NCBI GenBank assembly: GCA_046484135.1
Contig: JAWOBU010000048.1
Coordinates: forward strand, 1 to 11,105
DNA from: a bacterium
Lineage (GTDB): Bacteria > RBG-13-61-14 > DATKZS01
Direction: 5' to 3'
Length of the DNA stretch: 11,105 nt
Every line of letters begins with the position of its first letter. Position 1 is the first letter of the stretch. This document shows, piece by piece, positions 6,426 through 11,105 of the stretch. The notes below the pieces were generated by a model, which searched no databases, had not been told where the DNA came from, and saw nothing but the letters and a program-made list of their open reading frames with translations. Position numbers and translations under genes: made by a program.

Positions 6426-7040
6426 CGCGCTTTCCATGTTCCGGGAGAGCTTCTCCTTTAGCCGGTTTACCCGGCTGTATACGGTTTTAACAGATATTCC
6501 GAGGACTTGGGAGACCTCTTCAGGGGAGAGCCCCCTGGTGTAATAAAGCTCCATGAAGTGGCGGTCCTCTTTGCCGAGTTTTTTGATTGCCCTCTCCAGG
6601 CTTTCTTCTTTTTCCCGCTCGGTATAAGCCTCGTCCGGCCTGGTTACCGGCGCAGCCAGGGAAGCCTCGGCAGCGATCCCCTCCTTTTCCAGGTCCACCT
6701 TCAGGGGGTCCCGGGCCCGGGCCCGCAGGAAATCCAGGGTGTAGCGGACCGTTACGGTCCGGACCCAGGTGGCCACCGTGCACCCTTCATCTCCCCGGTA
6801 CAAGCGGAGCTTCTTGCAGTCGTCCTTTATAAAATGGACCAAGACCTCGCTGAAGAGGTCCTCCACCTCTTCGGGAGCGGGATGGTAGTTCTTAAGCCCC
6901 AAAGTCCGGTGGATGGCGTAGTAGATAAGCTTTCCGAACCGATCCAGGAACCGTTCCCAGGCCTGCTCCTCCTTCCGGCAGCAGGCCTTGAGGATCACCA
7001 GGTCGCTGTCCCCCGGCGGGATTGAGTTGTTGTTCTCCAA
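6414..7040 (-). CDS. ECF-type (sigma-70 group 4) RNA polymerase sigma factor
   Basis: Region 2: AWERFLDRFGKLIY...EVEDLFSEV...ATWVRTVTVRYTLDFLR. Region 4 HTH: LYYTRGLSPEEVSQVLGISVKTVYSRVNRLKEKL. 208 aa, with a TTG start preceded by purine-rich ACAGGAAG. Confidence 0.93.
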   Translation of the reverse strand: MENNNSIPPGDSDLVILKACCRKEEQAWERFLDRFGKLIYYAIHRTLGLKNYHPAPEEVEDLFSEVLVHFIKDDCKKLRLYRGDEGCTVATWVRTVTVRYTLDFLRARARDPLKVDLEKEGIAAEASLAAPVTRPDEAYTEREKEESLERAIKKLGKEDRHFMELYYTRGLSPEEVSQVLGISVKTVYSRVNRLKEKLSRNMESAGRK

Positions 7041-7108
7041 CTTCCTGTCTTGACCTTCCCTGTGTGAAAAGTTTTTCTAAAGAGCCTTTTGGCGCTAAAG
7101 CGTTCCTA

Positions 7109-7138
7109 AAGGTAGCAGAAGCCGGCTTCAAGTGTCAA
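7109..7138 (-). promoter_or_regulatory. Putative housekeeping sigma-70 promoter for the ECF sigma gene
   Basis: On the minus strand: TTGACA (7138-7133), 18 nt, TACCTT (7114-7109), with a TGn extended -10. The spacer contains the palindrome GAAGCCGGCTTC (7118-7129). Confidence 0.55.
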
Positions 7139-7266
7139 GAAAGCCGAGCCCGGCGTTTTATCCCCGCGGTTTTTTTTCGCGGCGGAGATTGGTTTGCTCT
7201 TGCCGGTTTTACATTTTGCACTTATCTTTAAGCATTACAATTTCGATGACGGAGAATGGAGGTATT

Positions 7267-9261
7267 ATGAGCGGCCGATCCGACAGATTGAACATTGCTT
7301 TTGAGAGCGAGCGTCTTTCCTACAGCGACCAGGAGGTTGACCTTTACAACTCTGGTATCAACCAGATCTTAAGCGTGGCCGCGGCGCGGAGGCACTCGAT
7401 CTGTCATTTCAGCATGGGCGATCTTTTCCTGCATGAGGAAGAGCCCTATGCCCGGGCGTCCATACTGTCTTTGCCCGAGGGATGGGAAGGAGACCCGCTG
7501 GAGTCTTACCTGGACCTCAAGAAGGAGGACGAGCGGCCGGTGCCTTTGTCCGATCTCGATCTTTGTTTCGCCAGGGGAGACGACATCCGGCATACCGGGA
7601 CCCCCAACCTGGAGCTGCTTCGTAGCCTCGATAAAAGCGCGGTGCTCATGGAAAGCATCGAGGCCACCCTTTCCACCTGCGACAAGTACGAGCTGGTCCG
7701 GCGGCTCCCTGATATCCCCATGCCGGTTACCTTTGCGGCTTCCACTATAGAGGACGCCCTGGAGGCGGTGCGTTCTCTTCCGCAAGAGTCGGGCTTTTTC
7801 GTTTTAAAAGACAGGTACGGTTACGGCTGCGGGGACCAGGTGCATCTTCTGGAGTTCGCCGACCCGGAGCTCGAGGCCCTGGTGGCCATGTACCTTTCGA
7901 TATATAACTACATCCTGGTCCAGGAGTACTGCCCGGAGGTCAAGGACGGTGACCTGGTGGTCACCTTTTTCGACGGTGAGCTTCTGGCCCCTCTCCACCG
8001 GATGGCGGGCTGGGGCGAGTGGAAGACCAACTTTTGCAAAGGTGGAAGCCAGCGGTATTTCACCTTGAACTCGGAACAGGAGAGCATCGCCCGCACGGTC
8101 ATGAGCGCCTTTCCCGATTGCAGGTTCGCCTCGGTGGACATGCTTCTTTCCGGCAAGGTCATGGAGATCAACGCCTTTCCCGGCGGCCGGGGCCTGCTGG
8201 AGATTTACGGGATCTCGGTGGGCAACATCATCATGGACCGGATGGAAAAGGAGATACTGGGGAAGCCGCTCCGGCCTTCCCCCAGCTATGATTATGCGTT
8301 CTCGCCCCACGTGGGCGCACGGGGGGACATCAAAAAGCTCTATGAGAGTTTCGAGCCTTCCGTGCCGGTCTTTGACGTGTTCACCAATGAAAGACACGAT
8401 ATCTCCATAAAGAGCCTTATCGGGTTCTGGCCCCGGAGCGCCGACTTTGTCCTGTCCATTCCCCACTCCGGCGTACTGGTGCCGGTCCGGTACGCTGATC
8501 AGCTCGACATATCGAACCAGTGCCTCCTCGAGATTGACATGTACAGCGATATTCTCTACGGCGGCCTGGAAGGCATGCAGGTGATCTGCGGGCTGGCGCC
8601 CTTCTTCCTGGACCTGAACCGGGAGAGGGAGGGCTCCGAGGAGCCGGGGCTTCCCTGCCATCTTACCAATCCGGCGACCGAGTACTACTCCATCGAGAAC
8701 AAGTCGCTTCTAAAAAGGCCCTACAGCCGGGACCAGAAAGAACACATCCTCGAGTACTACGACCTCTATCACGGCATCCTGGAAAGGCTTATCCGGGCCA
8801 TGAAGGAGTATAAGGGGTATGCGCTTCTGCTGGACGGACACACCATGTCCTCGGTGGGACTGGGTCGAGTACACGATGAAGGACGGGAGCGCAAGGACTT
8901 CGTGGTGGGCACCTTGAACGATACCTCGGCGCATCCCGAGATCATAAACGCGTTCGTCGAGTCCTTGAAGGCGGGCGCGGACTCTCACCAGTTGGGTCTC
9001 ACCTTCGAGAAGAACCAGCCTTACTCGGGCGGCTTCATAACCCGCAACTACGCCGACCCGGAGCAGGACGTGCACGTGATCCAGCTCGAGGTCACCATGG
9101 ACACCTACATGTACGAGCCGGTGGAGGAGAGCCGCCTGAAAAGGTACGGGCTCAAACAGCTCCGGGTCCGGATTGTCCAGGACATCTTAAGGCACGCCCT
9201 CCAGGCAGCCATCCACACCGCCGAGCGGATTTACTCGGGTCCCCGACAGGAAGCCCCCTAA
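7267..9261 (+). CDS. Fusion of a glutathione synthetase/RimK-like ATP-grasp ligase (N-terminal) and an N-formylglutamate amidohydrolase (HutG-like) domain (C-terminal), 664 aa
   Basis: The start was moved to ATG 7267 (RBS GGAGG, 4 nt upstream). ATP-grasp motifs: LSDLDLCFARGD, DKYEL, VLKDRYGYGCG, VQEYCPEVKDGD, WKTNFCKGG, ASVDML, MEINAFPG. Amidohydrolase motifs: VLSIPHSG, DMYSDILY, LDLNR, YYDLYH, LLDGHTM, DFVVGT, NQPYSGGFITRNY, VHVIQLEV. The two domains are in one uninterrupted frame. Confidence 0.85.
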   Translation: MSGRSDRLNIAFESERLSYSDQEVDLYNSGINQILSVAAARRHSICHFSMGDLFLHEEEPYARASILSLPEGWEGDPLESYLDLKKEDERPVPLSDLDLCFARGDDIRHTGTPNLELLRSLDKSAVLMESIEATLSTCDKYELVRRLPDIPMPVTFAASTIEDALEAVRSLPQESGFFVLKDRYGYGCGDQVHLLEFADPELEALVAMYLSIYNYILVQEYCPEVKDGDLVVTFFDGELLAPLHRMAGWGEWKTNFCKGGSQRYFTLNSEQESIARTVMSAFPDCRFASVDMLLSGKVMEINAFPGGRGLLEIYGISVGNIIMDRMEKEILGKPLRPSPSYDYAFSPHVGARGDIKKLYESFEPSVPVFDVFTNERHDISIKSLIGFWPRSADFVLSIPHSGVLVPVRYADQLDISNQCLLEIDMYSDILYGGLEGMQVICGLAPFFLDLNREREGSEEPGLPCHLTNPATEYYSIENKSLLKRPYSRDQKEHILEYYDLYHGILERLIRAMKEYKGYALLLDGHTMSSVGLGRVHDEGRERKDFVVGTLNDTSAHPEIINAFVESLKAGADSHQLGLTFEKNQPYSGGFITRNYADPEQDVHVIQLEVTMDTYMYEPVEESRLKRYGLKQLRVRIVQDILRHALQAAIHTAERIYSGPRQEAP

Positions 9262-9266
9262 AGCAA

Positions 9267-10691
9267 TCAGTGGTCCTTCCCGATCCTTCCTTTCTTCCAC
9301 TTGCCGGACCTGATCCTTACTGCCATGAGCAGGATGCGCATTATAAGATCGGGGTACATGGACAGCCAGATATAGAAGATGGGCGGGTGGAAGAGCTTGT
9401 ATACGATGACCGCGATCATGACCCGGCCCGCGTAAACACCCACCGTGGATGCGATAAGCGGAGGAATGGTGTCGCCGGACCCGCGCAGTCCCCCGGCCAT
9501 GGAAAAGGACACCCCCATAAGCGGCATGACGAACACGAGCAGTACGGCAAAGGTGCGGGCGTAATCAATGGACTCGGCTGACAGCTCGCCGAAGACCCTG
9601 GCGAGGACGTCTGGGGTCGCCACGGCGAACACGGCCGCTCCGATAACCACCATGAGCCCGAAGGCCAGGAGCGCGCAGTGGCGGAACACGCTTTCGGCGC
9701 GCTTTAAGTCTTTTGCTCCCACCGCCTGTCCCACCAGGGTGGCTGCCGCGGTCTGGAAGCCGAAAGACGGCGCCTGGGCAAAGGTCAAAAGCGCGATGCC
9801 GGTGAAGTAGCCTGCCGCGGCTTCAGTGCCGTAGCGGTAGATGAGAAAGATATAGATAAGGATTCCCAGTTGGATCAGGATCCACTCGGTGGCGGACGGG
9901 AGCCCGATCTTGAAGATGGCGAGCCCGGTTTTCACGTCCGGCCGCCAGCCCCTAAGCGGCAGCTTGATGATGGTTTTGTTGGCCAGAAACAACGCTCCCA
10001 GAAAGAGCGTAAAGGAGAAGAAGGTGATGTCTATGGCAAGCGCCGCTCCCCGCGTCTCCATGCGGGGCAGACCCAGCTTGCCCAGCACCAGCCCGTAGGT
10101 GAAAAAGAGCGACAACAGGCTCATGATAACGCCGGCCCACATGGGCGTGCGGGTGTCTCCCGCGGCCCGGAGTCCGGCGGCCAGGAAGAAGCCGATGGCG
10201 ATGAGAGGAAGGGCCACGAACAGCCATGTCATGAACTCCGTTCCCTGGGCTATGGTCTTGGCGTCCGCGCCCAAAGCGTGGAAAAGGAGCCTCGAGAGCG
10301 GCATTCCGGCCACCGCTATTACCACGGTTACCATGAAGCCCCACATCACGCTCTGCTGAAGGACCAGCCCGGCCTGTTTGCGGTCTCCCGCTCCCCAGTA
10401 CTGGGCCACCAGCGCCGTCGTCCCCACCGCCACCGCGGCGATCACGGTGATGATCACCATGAAGATCATGAGTCCGATGTTCACGCTGTTGAAGGCCTGG
10501 TCCCCTAGCTGGCCCACGATGGCCCTCGAGACGAACATGACCACCGACCGCAGACCCTGCGCCACGAACACCGGCCAGGAAAGGTACCAGATACTGCGAT
10601 AGAGCTTTCCAAGCTCCGGGCCGTCCAGGCTGTCTTTGAACAGCTTCATCCGTTCCGGTGCCTGTCTGTCCTTATGGTCTTCCATTGACAT
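9267..10691 (-). CDS. MATE family efflux transporter
   Basis: About 12 hydrophobic segments with MATE motifs LSWPV, GTTALVAQYWGAGD, LRAAGDTRTPM, IFKIGLPS, AAATLVGQAVGA and GGLRGSGDT. The start is probably ATG 10691 or 10685. The ORF-track extension to 11060 runs through the non-coding repeat. Confidence 0.92.
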   Translation of the reverse strand: MSMEDHKDRQAPERMKLFKDSLDGPELGKLYRSIWYLSWPVFVAQGLRSVVMFVSRAIVGQLGDQAFNSVNIGLMIFMVIITVIAAVAVGTTALVAQYWGAGDRKQAGLVLQQSVMWGFMVTVVIAVAGMPLSRLLFHALGADAKTIAQGTEFMTWLFVALPLIAIGFFLAAGLRAAGDTRTPMWAGVIMSLLSLFFTYGLVLGKLGLPRMETRGAALAIDITFFSFTLFLGALFLANKTIIKLPLRGWRPDVKTGLAIFKIGLPSATEWILIQLGILIYIFLIYRYGTEAAAGYFTGIALLTFAQAPSFGFQTAAATLVGQAVGAKDLKRAESVFRHCALLAFGLMVVIGAAVFAVATPDVLARVFGELSAESIDYARTFAVLLVFVMPLMGVSFSMAGGLRGSGDTIPPLIASTVGVYAGRVMIAVIVYKLFHPPIFYIWLSMYPDLIMRILLMAVRIRSGKWKKGRIGKDH

Positions 10692-10700
10692 TGAACCGGA

Positions 10701-10709
10701 ATAATAGCA
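10701..10709 (-). promoter_or_regulatory. Possible extended -10 promoter for the MATE gene
   Basis: TGcTATTAT on the minus strand, 9 nt upstream of ATG 10691. No clear RBS is present. Confidence 0.35.
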
Positions 10710-10886
10710 AAAGGTGGAGTTCCCCCAAAATTTCTCGTTTAACTTTCTCGTCCTCTTTGAAAACGTACAGATGCTTCGGGGCCAAAGTGAAAATGGAAAA
10801 ACGCACAAGCTGCCGGGACGTGCATGAGCCGCGGACTTTGGCGTAGGGCATGATTTCTTTCTGCAAGCCGGCCCGCATAACTCTCT

Positions 10887-10917
10887 CTGCGCCGTGCGAG
10901 CGACTTTAGTCGCGATC
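10887..10917 (+). repeat. REP-like palindrome
   Basis: GTGCGAGCGACTTTAGTCGCGATC contains the GCGACT-TT-AGTCGC hairpin and resembles GT(A/G)G-family REP elements of the GGAGCGACTTCAGTCGCGA type. Confidence 0.4.
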
Positions 10918-10933
10918 ATACACCCCGCCGCAA

Positions 10934-11086
10934 GATGGCCCGCACAATCCCCGGACGATGGCCCGCACAACCCCCGGACGATGGCCCGCACAACCCCCGG
11001 ACGATGGCCCACACAACCCCCCGACGATGGCCCGCACAACCCCCGCACGATGGCCCCCACAACCCCCCCACGATCGCCCCCACAAC
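10934..11086 (+). repeat. Tandem repeat of a 23-bp unit (consensus GATGGCCCGCACAACCCCCGGAC), 6 full copies plus 1 partial
   Basis: Units start at 10934, 10957, 10980, 11003, 11026, 11049 and 11072. They abut directly with no spacers. Confidence 0.95.
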
Positions 11087-11105
11087 TCCTTGTGTGGGTG
11101 ATCGA

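Noticed and set aside
2232..7040. Bona fide type III-E CRISPR (Craspase) locus
   Set aside because: There is no Cas7-11 gene or array. The CHAT protein is membrane-anchored with CHAT N-terminal to the TPRs, unlike Csx29. The similarity is only an analogy.
7132..7266. N-terminal extension of the ATP-grasp ORF from GTG 7132
   Set aside because: It overlaps the divergent promoter region. ATG 7267 has a clear GGAGG RBS and begins the GshB-like domain.
7267..9261. Assigning gshB or hutG gene symbols
   Set aside because: It is a fusion with altered GshB substrate motifs and no hut or gshA context in the window, so orthology is not supported.
10692..11060. 123-aa N-terminal extension of the MATE ORF
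   Set aside because: It is translated from the tandem repeat and promoter region, is Cys/Gly/Pro-rich, and is not MATE-like.
10934..11086. CRISPR array, tempting given the CHAT + sigma module
   Set aside because: The units abut with a strict 23-bp period and no unique spacers, and there are no cas genes in the window.

Overview
The window appears to join two unrelated genomic segments at about position 1857. The left part (1-~1857) is AT-rich and Firmicutes/Clostridia-like. It carries a SixA-type histidine phosphatase, a strong terminator and a secreted phosphodiester glycosidase (NAGPA-like) gene that is cut off. The right part (~1857-11105) is GC-rich and deltaproteobacteria-like by gene content (inference). 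On the minus strand it carries an ECF sigma factor, a soluble zinc-finger (ZAS) anti-sigma-like protein, and a translationally coupled 1131-aa membrane protein. That protein's architecture is class III adenylate cyclase + CHAT (caspase-like) protease + TM helix + TPR + CsgG/FlgT-like domains, and a truncated secreted TPR protein follows it. Further right lie a divergent GshB/RimK-type ATP-grasp ligase fused to an N-formylglutamate amidohydrolase domain, a convergent MATE transporter, and a 23-bp tandem repeat/REP-like region at the edge. The most interesting candidate system is the sigma / soluble anti-sigma / cyclase-CHAT receptor module. It looks like a CRISPR-independent, membrane-sensing counterpart of protease-released sigma-factor signalling. 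No CRISPR array, RNA gene or transposase is evident.
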